From Candidatus Dormiibacterota bacterium (GTDB lineage Bacteria; Chloroflexota; Dormibacteria; Aeolococcales; Aeolococcaceae): 64,000 bases of DNA. The stretch is from NCBI GenBank assembly GCA_963708605.1, contig CAVPTG010000007.1:16288-80287 (forward strand). Direction: 5' to 3'. Shown piece after piece: positions 37,876-48,184 of this stretch (its first letter is position 1; every line of letters begins with the position of its first letter). Both the position numbers and the translations under genes were made by a program. The notes beneath the pieces were generated by a model, which was given only the letters and a program-made list of their open reading frames with translations, searched no databases and was not told the DNA's origin.

Positions 37876-37923
37876 CTGCCTCGCGACGCCGGTCGCATCA
37901 AACCGGCTGCGTAGCTCCCCGCC

Positions 37924-38599
37924 TCAGGTCCAGGTGGGAACGCGCACCTCGACGTTGTCGGCGTTTATTCGCGTCTCGATCGCAGGCAGCGGGTTCAGGC
38001 GATAGTCGCCGGGGTTGGCCGCGCCGGTGAGGTTGAAGCTCATGGGATGGCACGGGCAGACCAGCCGTCGCTGCGCGGCCTGGGGGATCAGCGTGCATCC
38101 CTGGTGGGTGCACACCGCGCTGAGGCCCCGGACCTTGCCGTCGAGGGTGAATACCACGCCCTGGACGCCGCCGGCGGAGAACTGCTTGATCTTCCCCGGG
38201 GTCACCTCGGCGAGGGTCGCCACCGCGACCCATGTGCTGATGTACGGCTGGATGGTTCCACCGCCACCTGCCGGCTCGGTCAGCGCCTCGGTGACGCGGT
38301 CGAGAGCGACGCCGCCCGCAACCGATGCTGCCACCGCAGCAAGCCCGCCGACCAGGAACCGGCGGCGGCGGATGCCCGCCTCCGTCCAGTCAGGATCGTG
38401 GGCGGGCGCCTCGCGCAGCTGCCGCGCCAGGTTGTCGACGAACGCCGGCGAGGGTGTGGAGCCACCCGGATGCGCCGCACGAAGCCGCGTTGCAACCTGC
38501 ATCGCCGCCGAGGTCATCGCCGGCGGGAGACCGGGGTGGCCGCCGGTTGGCGAGCAGCGCGTTGACGAAACGCGAGAGGCGGCGATCAGCCTTGGACAT
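37924..38599 (-). CDS. Membrane-anchored Rieske [2Fe-2S] protein, putative anti-sigma (frameshift near 38515)
   Basis: PSPAFVDNLARQL, RRRRFL + TM, CTHQGC and CPCH. Confidence 0.75.
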
Positions 38600-39167
38600 C
38601 ACGAACTCCAGTGACCGCAGCGCGTCGGAGCGCACGCAGCTGCAGCACCTTGGCGTTGGCGACGCTGACGCCCATCGCGGCAGCGGTTTCCCGAATGGAG
38701 TATCCGCGGAGGAATCGGAACTCGAGCACCCTCCGATAATTCTCTGGCAGGCCGTCGAGGATCGGGCTCACGTCGACGTCATGGTCTCGTTCGGCGGCGG
38801 GAGCGGCGTCGCGCTGCTCATCGAACTCCATCAGGACCGTCCCGTGCCGCTGCCGCCAGACATCGGCGAGCACGCTCCGTGCCGTGGTCCGCAGGTAGGC
38901 GCCGATCTCCCCCGGGGAGACGTCGGAGCGCAGCCGCGGCAGCGCACGGAGGAACGTGGTCGAGGTCACGTCCTCGGCATCGGGGGTGTTGCCGGTTCTC
39001 GAGTAGACATATCGGTAGAGGGGAGCCACGTGCTCCTGGTAGACGGATTCCCAGTCGTTCGCGGGATCTGAGGCGACAACCACGCGAAGCGGGGGCGACG
39101 TTTCGGGCACAGCCACGTTCGATGATGTCCTACGCCGGGGAGTTACGCGATCGCCACTTCGGGGCAT
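38586..39167 (-). CDS. ECF sigma-70 factor
   Basis: DAEDVTSTTFLRA, LPENYRRVLEFRFLRGYSIRETAAAMG; start uncertain. Confidence 0.88.
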   Translation of the reverse strand: MPRSGDRVTPRRRTSSNVAVPETSPPLRVVVASDPANDWESVYQEHVAPLYRYVYSRTGNTPDAEDVTSTTFLRALPRLRSDVSPGEIGAYLRTTARSVLADVWRQRHGTVLMEFDEQRDAAPAAERDHDVDVSPILDGLPENYRRVLEFRFLRGYSIRETAAAMGVSVANAKVLQLRALRRAAVTGVRDVQG

Positions 39168-39169
39168 GA

Positions 39170-40240
39170 TTGACGCAGAGGGTTTTCATCATGAGTTCCG
39201 AGACGTCCCACGACCGCCTCATCGGCACGGTGTCGCTGATCCTGGATCGAATGGTGCACGTTCGGTTGACAGCGGTTGGTCTGAGCCGTCCCGACACGAT
39301 CGACCGCGTCCCCATCGAGCCTGCAGCGTTCTGGGAGGCAAGCCGGGTTCTTACTCCCCGTGGGATCCATGTCAACCGGGAATGGGAGTCGCTCGGCGGT
39401 CCGAGGTGGCGCGAGATGGAGCTCCAGGGCGACAGCGAAGGCCCGGGGGGGCACTGGGGGAGCCGCAACCTGGTCGCGACCGCCCACATCCGGCGTGAGC
39501 CTGGACCCGCGCCCTTCGTCCTGATGCTGCACGGCTATGCGGTGCCGCAGACCACGTACGACCGGTGGCTCGCGAAGCAGATGCGCCTCCGCGGTGCGCA
39601 CACCGCGCGGCTCGACCTTCCGTTGCACCTGCGCCGCACCCTGCCCGGTCAGCGCAGCGGCGACGGCTACTTCAGCCTCGACCCCGCCCACATCCGGGCG
39701 GTCGTTCGGCAGTCCGTGGAGGACGCCGCGGCGCTGATCGCCTGGGCTCGCGCCGAGGTCAGCCCGCACGTGACCGTGGTGGGCGTGAGCCTTGGCGGTC
39801 TGATCGCCACCATGCTCGCCGCCCAGCTCGAGCTCGATCGCGTGATCGCGGTCGCGCCGTTCTGCGACCCCGCGGCCACGCTGTCGCAGCGACCGCCGAC
39901 CCCGTCGCTGCGCCACCTCGGCATGATCGGCGAGTACAGCGGGTCCTGGGGGCCCGACCGCGCGAGTGCCGGTCGCTTCCTCGAGTCGACGCTCGCGCCG
40001 CTGCTCGCGAGGAACTTCATCCCGCGGACGCCGGGGGACCGCATCACCCTGGTTCGTGCCATGCAGGATCTCGTGGTGGGACCCGATCCCGTCACCCGGC
40101 TGAGCACCGAGTGGCAGACGGATCTCTGGACCTACCCGCACGGTCACATGACCGTGATGAGCGCGAGTGGGATCGCGCGCCGGATCGCCGACCGAGCCAC
40201 CACCATGCACGACGACCCCGGCCTGTCTGTCGCGGTATGA
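39170..40240 (+). CDS. Alpha/beta hydrolase
   Basis: LMLHGY, GVSLGG nucleophile elbow, D and GH near the C-terminus. Confidence 0.8.
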   Translation: MTQRVFIMSSETSHDRLIGTVSLILDRMVHVRLTAVGLSRPDTIDRVPIEPAAFWEASRVLTPRGIHVNREWESLGGPRWREMELQGDSEGPGGHWGSRNLVATAHIRREPGPAPFVLMLHGYAVPQTTYDRWLAKQMRLRGAHTARLDLPLHLRRTLPGQRSGDGYFSLDPAHIRAVVRQSVEDAAALIAWARAEVSPHVTVVGVSLGGLIATMLAAQLELDRVIAVAPFCDPAATLSQRPPTPSLRHLGMIGEYSGSWGPDRASAGRFLESTLAPLLARNFIPRTPGDRITLVRAMQDLVVGPDPVTRLSTEWQTDLWTYPHGHMTVMSASGIARRIADRATTMHDDPGLSVAV

Positions 40241-40827
40241 CGCTCACCCGACCGGTGCTCCACCGCGAGGGCGTGACGGCGAACGGCCGTCGCTACGTGA
40301 TCAGGCCCTCCCAGGAGGGAGACGCTCCCGGCCTCGCAGCGCTCATGGATGCGGTGGCAGGGGAGGGTGAGTTGATCGCTGCGGTGCCGGGTGAGCCCGA
40401 CACCATCGTGCAGAGCACACGGCTCATCTCGATCGTCCTCGAGGGTGGGCTGACCCTGACCCTCGAGGTCGACGGCGTCACGGCCGGCCACGTGATGGTG
40501 CAGCGGCGTCCTGGGCGCCATTACGCCCACGTCGGTGAAATAGCCATCCTTGTCAGCAACGTGCAGCGCGGGCTCGGATTCGGGCGGATGCTGATGGACA
40601 TGGCGATCGATTGGGGCCGCGTGGTCGGCCTCGCCAAGGTCAGTCTTCGGGTGTTTCCCGACAACACCCGCGCCATCGCGCTCTACCGATCGCTCGGGTT
40701 CGAGGAGGAAGGCCTGGCACGGGGGGAGGTGCGCATGCCCGGCGGTGACCGCGACGTGCTGCTCATGGGCCTCGCCCTGGGCGGGCCTGACGTGACCGGC
40801 GCCCCTGCTATCCTGCGGAACGAATGA
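40237..40827 (+). CDS. GNAT acetyltransferase
   Basis: QRGLGFG, NTRAIALYRSLGF. Confidence 0.88.
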   Translation: MTLTRPVLHREGVTANGRRYVIRPSQEGDAPGLAALMDAVAGEGELIAAVPGEPDTIVQSTRLISIVLEGGLTLTLEVDGVTAGHVMVQRRPGRHYAHVGEIAILVSNVQRGLGFGRMLMDMAIDWGRVVGLAKVSLRVFPDNTRAIALYRSLGFEEEGLARGEVRMPGGDRDVLLMGLALGGPDVTGAPAILRNE

Positions 40828-41681
40828 GCGACTCGCGCCCGATCGGCGTGTTCAACTCCGGTGTCGGCGGCCTGACCGTGCTCCGCGAGATCCGTCGCCA
40901 GATGCCTGCCGAAACGCTCATCTATGTCGCCGACCTGGGGCACTTTCCGTACGGTCCGCGTTCGCAAGCCCAGGTCCGTGGCCTCGCCCTCGACATCATC
41001 GCGATGCTCGCGGCGATGGACACCAAACTGGTGGTGATCGCCTGCAACACGGCAACCGCGGCAGCGCTCCACACCGCGAGGGAGCGCTTCGACATCCCGG
41101 TTGTGGGCGTCATCGCCCCGGGTGCGCAGGCGGCGGCGGCGGCGACGCGCAACGGACGGGTGGCCGTCCTCAGCACCGAGGGAACCCGGGCGAGCGGCGA
41201 GTACGTCCACGCCATCAAGGAGGCCAACCCGGGGATCGCGGTGCTCAGCGAGGTCGCAGCCGACCTGGTCGAGATCGTCGAGGACGGAGATGCCGACACC
41301 GCGAGGGCCGATGCCGCGCTGGCGCCGGTGCTCCGACGCATCGTCGACTGGCGAGCGGACACGCTGGTCCTCGGGTGCACGCACTACCCGCTGCTCCGTC
41401 CGGCGTTGCGCCGCCTGATCGGAACCCGGCGCCTCCGTGTCGTGGACAGCGCGGACACGACCGCGGCGCGCGTCAAGCGGATCGTCGCAGTCAATCGGAT
41501 CGGCGCCGGCGGCTCGGCCGCGTCCGACTCCGGGTCCCTGGCGGCGCGCACCGAGATACTGGTGACCGCCGCCCCGGCGCGGTTCCGAACCAGCGCGGCC
41601 CGGATCTTCGGGGAGCCCCTCCCGGAACCCCGCCTGGTCCGGCCGGTGGCGCAGGCGATTCGGGTGGCGGCGGGGTCATGA
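40824..41681 (+). CDS. murI: Glutamate racemase
   Basis: GVFNSGVGG, FPYG, IACNTA, LGCTHYP. Confidence 0.9.
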   Translation: MSDSRPIGVFNSGVGGLTVLREIRRQMPAETLIYVADLGHFPYGPRSQAQVRGLALDIIAMLAAMDTKLVVIACNTATAAALHTARERFDIPVVGVIAPGAQAAAAATRNGRVAVLSTEGTRASGEYVHAIKEANPGIAVLSEVAADLVEIVEDGDADTARADAALAPVLRRIVDWRADTLVLGCTHYPLLRPALRRLIGTRRLRVVDSADTTAARVKRIVAVNRIGAGGSAASDSGSLAARTEILVTAAPARFRTSAARIFGEPLPEPRLVRPVAQAIRVAAGS

Positions 41682-42654
41682 GCATCGCCGCCGAGGAACT
41701 CCTCGAGCCGATTTCCACGGAGTTGATCGAGTTCGAGCGGCGCCTCGACGCCGAGATCGCGTCCGACCTCGGCCCGATGGCGAGCGCCATGTCGCACATC
41801 GTCAAGGCGGGGGGCAAACGCCTCCGGCCGGCGCTGGTCATCCTCGCCGCCCGGCTGGGCGACGCCAACTCGAACGCCGTCTTCAACCTGGCGATGGGGA
41901 TCGAGTTCATCCATACCGCGACCCTCGTCCACGATGACCTCATCGACAAGGCACCCACCCGGCGCGGGATCAGGACCATCCATGAGGCGCTTGGACCGGA
42001 CCCCGCGGTCATCATCGGCGACTACTACTTCGCCAAGGGCGCCTACCTCCTGGCGGAGATCGGGATGCCGGCGATCGAACTCGGCGATCAGCCACGCGGT
42101 TATGACCATCTGCATGGGCGAGCTGTTGCAGATGACCAGCCGCAACGAGTACGACCAATCCCTCACCGACTACCACCGCAAGATCGGACGAAAGACCGCC
42201 ACGCTCGTCTCCACCAGTTGCTACGGCGGCGGGTTGATCGCCGGTTTGGACACCCCGGCGGTCGAGAGCCTGCGCCGGTACGGCCACAGCCTCGGCATGG
42301 CGTTTCAGATCGCGGACGACGTCCTCGATTACGTCGCGACCACCGCCGAGGTGGGCAAGCCGGTTGGGGCAGATCTTCGCCAGGGCACGGTGACGCTGCC
42401 GCTCATGCTGGCCCTCAAGGACCGCGAGGTCGGTGCCCGCCTCCAGCGGATTCTGGCCAAGAATGACCTCAACGAGGAGGACTTCGACACGGTGGTGACC
42501 CTGGTTCGCGGATCGGATGCGATCGCCGCCGCGGAGCGAAGCGCCCAGGAATTCGCGCGTGAGGCTGCGGCCGAGCTGAAGGGCTTTCCGAAGTCGGACG
42601 CCCGCGAGACTTCTCGAGCGCGTCTGCGACTACGTCGTCGAGCGCAGGATCTGA
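41678..42654 (+). CDS. Polyprenyl diphosphate synthase (frameshifts near 42080 and 42612)
   Basis: GGKRLRP, HDDLID, FQIADDVLD, GKPVGADL. Confidence 0.85.
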
Positions 42655-42676
42655 TCCGGAGCGCACGCCGGGGTGC

Positions 42677-43261
42677 TCAGAGAGCGCCGAGCCGGCGAAC
42701 CTCCTCTCCGAAGGCGCGAGCCCAGGCTCCCAGCACCAGAGCGGCGGCGACGTATCCCAGAGCCTCGACGACGGTCGCGGGCATGGTGGTTGCGAGGTGC
42801 CTGTCGCCGGACTGCACCGCGATCACGCTCGCGACGGTGCGGGCAGCGTCGACAGCGGCCAGGAGGCACACCACCACCAGCGCGCAGCGAACGATTCGAT
42901 ATTCGCGGCGGAGGCCCGCGCGGAGCTGGCCGAGCGTCTGGCGCTCGACCGACGTTCGCCCCGGCGGCGGTTCGGTGGCGCCGTGTCGGAGGCGCAGGAC
43001 GGCGGCTGCAAAGCAGACCGCCGCAACCCAACCCGGCCACAGCGTCCGCACGGTTGACCCCGTCGCGATGACCGTTTGGAGCGGATTGAGCGAAGCATGC
43101 GCGGCGAGCTGGCCCGCCAGGGTCTGGTGCAGGCGCACGAGCAACGTGCCGGCCACGCCGCACGCGGCCGCGACAACCGCCACTGCGAGACCACGCAGCG
43201 CGATCGGACCACGGTCGAGGAAGACGAGCTCGGTGAGTTGTGCGTCGCGCTGTGGCTGCAC
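42677..43261 (-). CDS. Membrane protein
   Basis: Four hydrophobic segments; TACAAT 6 nt upstream of GTG. Confidence 0.65.
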   Translation of the reverse strand: MQPQRDAQLTELVFLDRGPIALRGLAVAVVAAACGVAGTLLVRLHQTLAGQLAAHASLNPLQTVIATGSTVRTLWPGWVAAVCFAAAVLRLRHGATEPPPGRTSVERQTLGQLRAGLRREYRIVRCALVVVCLLAAVDAARTVASVIAVQSGDRHLATTMPATVVEALGYVAAALVLGAWARAFGEEVRRLGAL

Positions 43262-43283
43262 CGTGGCATTGTAAGTTCGGTCG

Positions 43284-44304
43284 ATGTCGCGAGCCAGAAA
43301 GATCACACCACGCAGGATTCGCGTCGCCACCTACAACATCCTGCTTGGAGGCGAAGAGCGTCGCGAACTGGTTCGCAACGTGCTCCGGCGCATCGATGCC
43401 GATGTCGTCGCCCTCCAGGAGGTTCGCGAGGTCGATCGCATCCGCGACCTTGCCGAGGACCTCGGCATGGCGATGTTCCTCGGAGAGCCGAGCGATCCGG
43501 ACTCGCCGATGCACACGGCGATCCTCACACGCTTACCGGTGCGCGGCTGGCGCAATCGCCGTCACCACGGCCGCATGCTGCGCTCGCACCTCCATTGCGA
43601 TATCGAGACGGGCGGTTCAGCGCTGCCGCTGATCGGAGTCCACTGTCTGCACCTCGCCGCGCGCTTTGGCGACCGCAACAAGGGTGAGGCGAGACGCATC
43701 CGCGAAATCGGCGCGGTGCTCACCGATATCGCAGACGAGCCGGCCTTGCCGCATCTGCTCATCGGCGACTTCAACGCGCTCTCGCCCGGGGACGACATCC
43801 TCGCCACGTCGTTCTTCCGCCGCATGAACGACTTGCGCCGCGCCGGCCTGCTCGTGGTGGGATCCAACGGCATTCTGACTCCGCTGGCACCGCACGGGAA
43901 CAGCACGGATGACGGCCTCGCGGATCGCTGGCGTCGGGCCGGTGTTGATCCGCGAACTCCTCGGCGGGATACCGGCACTGCCCCGCGTCGTCGCGCCGCT
44001 GACAGTCGGCCTGCCCGTCTCGCGCGCGATGGACCGTTTTCTGGGCCGCATGATCGAGCGCTGGACCGTCGAGCGCCTGCTCTCGGAGGGTTACGTCGAC
44101 TGCTACCGGCGCGTTCATCCGCGCGCCAGGGGACTCACGTGCGCGACCTGGCAACTCTCGGCACGCGTCGACTATGTCTTCGCCACCGAGGATCTCGCAG
44201 CGCATGTGGTCGGAGCGGACGTGGTCGGAGCCAGGACGTGGCCAGATCCCGAGGCCGCGGTTGCGTCAGATCACTACCCGGTGGTCGCCGATTTCAGCGT
44301 GTGA
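43284..44304 (+). CDS. Endonuclease/exonuclease/phosphatase family protein (frameshift near 43955)
   Basis: ATYNI, LQE, GDFN, RVDYVF, ASDHYP. Confidence 0.85.
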
Positions 44305-44333
44305 CACGCCTGGGCACGGCCGCCCCTCGCTTC

Positions 44334-44777
44334 TCATCCGACGATGACGTTGCCGTTGGCATTGATAGAGGTCACCGCGGTGTAGATGATGGCCAGGAAA
44401 AGGACCGAGATCACCAGCGCGACGATCCCGGTGACCAGCCCGGTGATCGCCATGCCCTTGCCCGCGCCATGTGCATTTGCGTGGCGGATACCGAGGGCGC
44501 CGAAGACGATGGCCAGGGCCCCGAGGACGATGCTGACGTAGTCGACGAACGGGATCCAGCAGAGCACCACCGCCACGATGCCGCAGACGCCGCCGGCGAT
44601 CCCGAGCCCGTTCCCCGATTGGGCGACCGCATACGGCTGCGGCTGGTAGTACCCGTACGGAGCGCCCTGAGGCGGCGGATACCCCGGTTGGGCGGGGAAC
44701 CCCGGCGGTTGCGGCGGGTTTTCGGGTTGGGATGCTCCCCATCCCGGCGGTCGGGGGGCCTCCGGGCCGTCAGGCAC
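44334..44777 (-). CDS. DUF4190-like membrane protein
   Basis: Pro/Tyr-rich N-terminus, GNGLGIAG, GKGMAITGLVTG. Confidence 0.8.
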   Translation of the reverse strand: MPDGPEAPRPPGWGASQPENPPQPPGFPAQPGYPPPQGAPYGYYQPQPYAVAQSGNGLGIAGGVCGIVAVVLCWIPFVDYVSIVLGALAIVFGALGIRHANAHGAGKGMAITGLVTGIVALVISVLFLAIIYTAVTSINANGNVIVG

Positions 44778-44867
44778 GTGGCGCCCGCTCGCCGACGCTC
44801 GTCAGGGGCACGGTCACAGTGCCCCTGACGGTACGGACCGCCGCTGTCGGGCCGGCAATGCCTGAGG

Positions 44868-45425
44868 TCAGACGCTTGGCGGAGGCGGTGGTGGCGGCGT
44901 TCCGTATCCCCCGGGAGGATTGCCGTACCCACCCGTCGGCCCGGCGGCCACCAGCGGTGTGTCACCAGGAAACCGGCTGATGATCACGATGTACCAGACG
45001 ATCGCGTAGATGATCACGTCGATGATCAGACCGACGATGGCTCCACCGTATCCGACGCCGAGGACCGCGTAGCCGGCGTAGAAGATGATCGTCCCGATCG
45101 CGCTCACGACCCCGCCGACAAATCCCAGAGCGAGACCATAGATGACCAGCCGCTTCCCGTCGCGATTGAGCTGGTACATCTGGTAGGCGCCATAGGTGCC
45201 AACGCACACACCGACCAGTCCGATGATCGCTCCCAGGAGCCAAAGGATTGGGAACCCGCAGCCTCCGAGCGTGCACGCACCGAACGTGGCCGTGAGTCCG
45301 AGGATGCCGAAGATGATGCCGATAGCACCCAGGATCAGCAGGACCAACCCCAGTGTCTTGGCAGGGATGTTCATCTTGAACGGGGGGTCGGCCGCAAACG
45401 GCGGGTCAGTCAGGATGTTTGCCAT
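44868..45425 (-). CDS. Membrane protein
   Basis: Four TM segments, Pro-rich tail. Confidence 0.75.
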   Translation of the reverse strand: MANILTDPPFAADPPFKMNIPAKTLGLVLLILGAIGIIFGILGLTATFGACTLGGCGFPILWLLGAIIGLVGVCVGTYGAYQMYQLNRDGKRLVIYGLALGFVGGVVSAIGTIIFYAGYAVLGVGYGGAIVGLIIDVIIYAIVWYIVIISRFPGDTPLVAAGPTGGYGNPPGGYGTPPPPPPPSV

Positions 45426-45512
45426 GGGTTCGGGTGGTCCTCCCAGATGAATGAGCAGCTGTGGCATCGCCGGTGACCGGGGCGCCACGTCCCCCGATCG
45501 CGGATCGCTGGA

Positions 45513-45968
45513 TTATGGGGTAATCAGACCCTCATGGGAAAGACCTTCGCGAACAGTTCGGCGACGGTTGGGATGCAGCCGTCGAAGCACCGCAGACGCG
45601 CACAGACCCGCTGCCGCAATGAGCGCCAGAAAGATTCCAATCCCGAGTGAGCGACCGGTGGCTCGCGCCAGGATGAGCTGAATAAGGACGCTCCCCATCG
45701 TGACAGCGGCCGCGGTGGCGTGTGCCGTGACTTCCGGAACGTGTGGTGTGACCACGTCATCAACGAATCCGCGCCCGATCAGCAGCAGCAGGACCGAGGC
45801 GGCTATACCGATGAAGAACAGATCCCCGAAGACCGACGCGCGAAACGCGTTCACCGATATGTGCGAACCACTCGCTGTATAGGCGTACCAGGGCAGGAAC
45901 GCCACGAGGACGCCCAGGGCGGCGGATGCGGTACCGATCGCCTCGGCCCTGTTGATGTGGCTGGGCAA
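45513..45968 (-). CDS. Membrane protein
   Basis: AFLPW motif, four TM segments; GAGGA upstream of TTG. Confidence 0.65.
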   Translation of the reverse strand: MPSHINRAEAIGTASAALGVLVAFLPWYAYTASGSHISVNAFRASVFGDLFFIGIAASVLLLLIGRGFVDDVVTPHVPEVTAHATAAAVTMGSVLIQLILARATGRSLGIGIFLALIAAAGLCASAVLRRLHPNRRRTVREGLSHEGLITP

Positions 45969-46074
45969 TGCAATGTCCTCGAGATGAACCTGGATGAAGT
46001 ACCGAGTCGCATGGCAGCGAACCGGGATGAGTGTGGTTGGTTCGAGTGGATGGTATGCAGCGCTGGGCGTGCTG

Positions 46075-46866
46075 TCAACGCCGCCGGCGCGTTCGAGAGC
46101 TCGAGACAGCGCCTTTCGGCGCTCCCCCTGGAGGCACAACGCCCACATCGGCGGCAAATGCCGGGGGCTTTCCCGCCATCAGGAGGTCACCGAGGGTGCG
46201 CCAGTTGAAGCGCTCGCCTCCTCGCTTGACCAGCTCGACGAAACACGCCGCGGTTGCCTCCGCGTCGGCGAGAGCATGGTGCGGCTTTCGGTGCACCACG
46301 CCCAACTCGCGGCAGAGCCGCTCGAGCCCGATCGTGTCCTTGAGATCGAAGAGCTTCGCCGCGAGCCTCGTGGTGTCAACGTTGTCCGCATCGAGGCTCG
46401 ATCCGATAGCGCGGCCGATGAGTCGCGTGTCGAACGCATCGGCGCTGTGTTCCACGAGCACCGCGCCCTTTGCGAAGCGTTGAAACCGCTCGACCACGAT
46501 CGAGACAGGGGGGGCGCCATTGAGGGTCGACGCGTCGATGCCGTGGATGCGTCGCGCATAGGGGTTGATCCGATCGTTGCTGTGCACCAGCGTCTCGAAG
46601 CTCATCAGATGGTCGCGCATCGTGAATGCGACCGCGCCGAGCTCGACCAGGTGGTGCGGCGATTGGCCCGTCGTCTCGCAGTCCAGGGCAACGAAGTGAA
46701 GGTCCTGGATCAGCGTGTCCGGCGACGGTCGCTCCGCGGACCAGGAATCGACGGCGTCGTCGAGCGTGGCGAAGGGCTCGGCTCCCGCCGGACCGAGGCG
46801 CGGTAAGAATTTGTCGCCCGTGGGGACCCTCCCTCGGCGGCGACCGTATCGCCGGCGAGCTTCCAT
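46075..46866 (-). CDS. DEDDh 3'-5' exonuclease (DnaQ-like)
   Basis: ALDCETTG, HSADAFD, HHALADA. Confidence 0.85.
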   Translation of the reverse strand: MEARRRYGRRRGRVPTGDKFLPRLGPAGAEPFATLDDAVDSWSAERPSPDTLIQDLHFVALDCETTGQSPHHLVELGAVAFTMRDHLMSFETLVHSNDRINPYARRIHGIDASTLNGAPPVSIVVERFQRFAKGAVLVEHSADAFDTRLIGRAIGSSLDADNVDTTRLAAKLFDLKDTIGLERLCRELGVVHRKPHHALADAEATAACFVELVKRGGERFNWRTLGDLLMAGKPPAFAADVGVVPPGGAPKGAVSSSRTRRRR

Positions 46867-46936
46867 ACACCCCCATCCTAGAACTCCTGGACGGAGGGAC
46901 CGGTGCGGACGGGCCGGAAACCTATACTCGCTCGTG

Positions 46937-48184
46937 ATGCGACTGGTAGCCGCCGGGCTGAGCTTTCGCACCGCTCCACTGGCTGTGCGGGAGGCTGCGG
47001 CCATCCCAGCGGCGCGCGCTGCAACGACCCTGCGATACCTCGTGGGCCATGCCGGCCTGCACGGCGCGGCCGTGCTTTCGACGTGTAATCGCACCGACTT
47101 CTATGTGGTCTGCCCCGACGACCTCAGCGCCCAGGTGACCCCGCGACTGGCTCGATACCTCGACCCGGACGGCTCGGGCGAGGTGGAGCGCCACATGGTC
47201 ACCTTCGAGGACCGCGAGGCCGCTGAGCACATGTTTCGAGTGGCCAGCGGCCTCGAGAGCATGGTCATCGGCGAGGCGCAGGTGCTCGGCCAGTTCAAGG
47301 ATGCGCATCGAGTCGCGACTGACGCGGGCACGGTGGACGCGCGCCTCGACTACGTGATGCGCCGAGCCATCTCCACCGCCAAACGCGTGCGCACCGATAC
47401 GTTGCTCGGCCGCGGCGCGGCGAGCCTCAGCGAGATCGCCGTCGAGTGTGCCCGCGCCTCGTGCGGGGAACTCGAGGGGAAGGGCGTCCTGCTCATCGGC
47501 GCGGGAAAGATGAGCCGCCTGGCCGCCGATCGCCTGCACGACCAGGGGGCTCGGATCATGACCACGTCGCGGGGCGAGTCGAGCCGCCGGCTGGCGCAGG
47601 CACTCGGTGCGGAAGCAGTCGCCCTGCGCGAAATCGCCGAGGTTGCTGACGAGGTTGACGTGATCATCGCCTCCACCGACAGCGCAACGACGGTGCTCGA
47701 CGCAGCCACCGTCGAGCTGCTCCAACGCCGGCGCGGGCTCCGACCACTGTGCATCGTCGATATGGCCGTGCCTCGTGATGTCGCCGCCGCTGCCGGCGGC
47801 GTTGCGGGTGTGACCCTGATCGACATCGATGAGCTCGGGCGGCGGGTCGGACAGCGGCTCGATCAGCGCCGCGAAACCGTGCCCGCCGCCGAGAGGATCA
47901 TCGACATCGAGCTCGAGAAGACGGTCACGGTCATCGGTCAGCGCGACACTGCCGGGCCGACCATCACCGCGCTCGTCGAATGGGCGGAGCAACTGCGAGC
48001 CGAGGAGGTCGCTCGAACCTTCAGCACCGGGCGTCCGATCGATGACGCGACCCGCGAGCGGGTCGAGGTGCTGACCAGGAGCATGGTGCGCAAGCTCCTG
48101 CACGGACCGGTCACCCGGCTGCGTGAATCGGGAGACCCCGCGACGACGGTGGCGATCCGTGAGGCCTTCCGGCTCGACCGCTGA
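46937..48184 (+). CDS. hemA: Glutamyl-tRNA reductase
   Basis: LSTCNRT, SGLESMVIGEAQVLGQ, IGAGKM, DMAVPRDV. Confidence 0.93.
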   Translation: MRLVAAGLSFRTAPLAVREAAAIPAARAATTLRYLVGHAGLHGAAVLSTCNRTDFYVVCPDDLSAQVTPRLARYLDPDGSGEVERHMVTFEDREAAEHMFRVASGLESMVIGEAQVLGQFKDAHRVATDAGTVDARLDYVMRRAISTAKRVRTDTLLGRGAASLSEIAVECARASCGELEGKGVLLIGAGKMSRLAADRLHDQGARIMTTSRGESSRRLAQALGAEAVALREIAEVADEVDVIIASTDSATTVLDAATVELLQRRRGLRPLCIVDMAVPRDVAAAAGGVAGVTLIDIDELGRRVGQRLDQRRETVPAAERIIDIELEKTVTVIGQRDTAGPTITALVEWAEQLRAEEVARTFSTGRPIDDATRERVEVLTRSMVRKLLHGPVTRLRESGDPATTVAIREAFRLDR

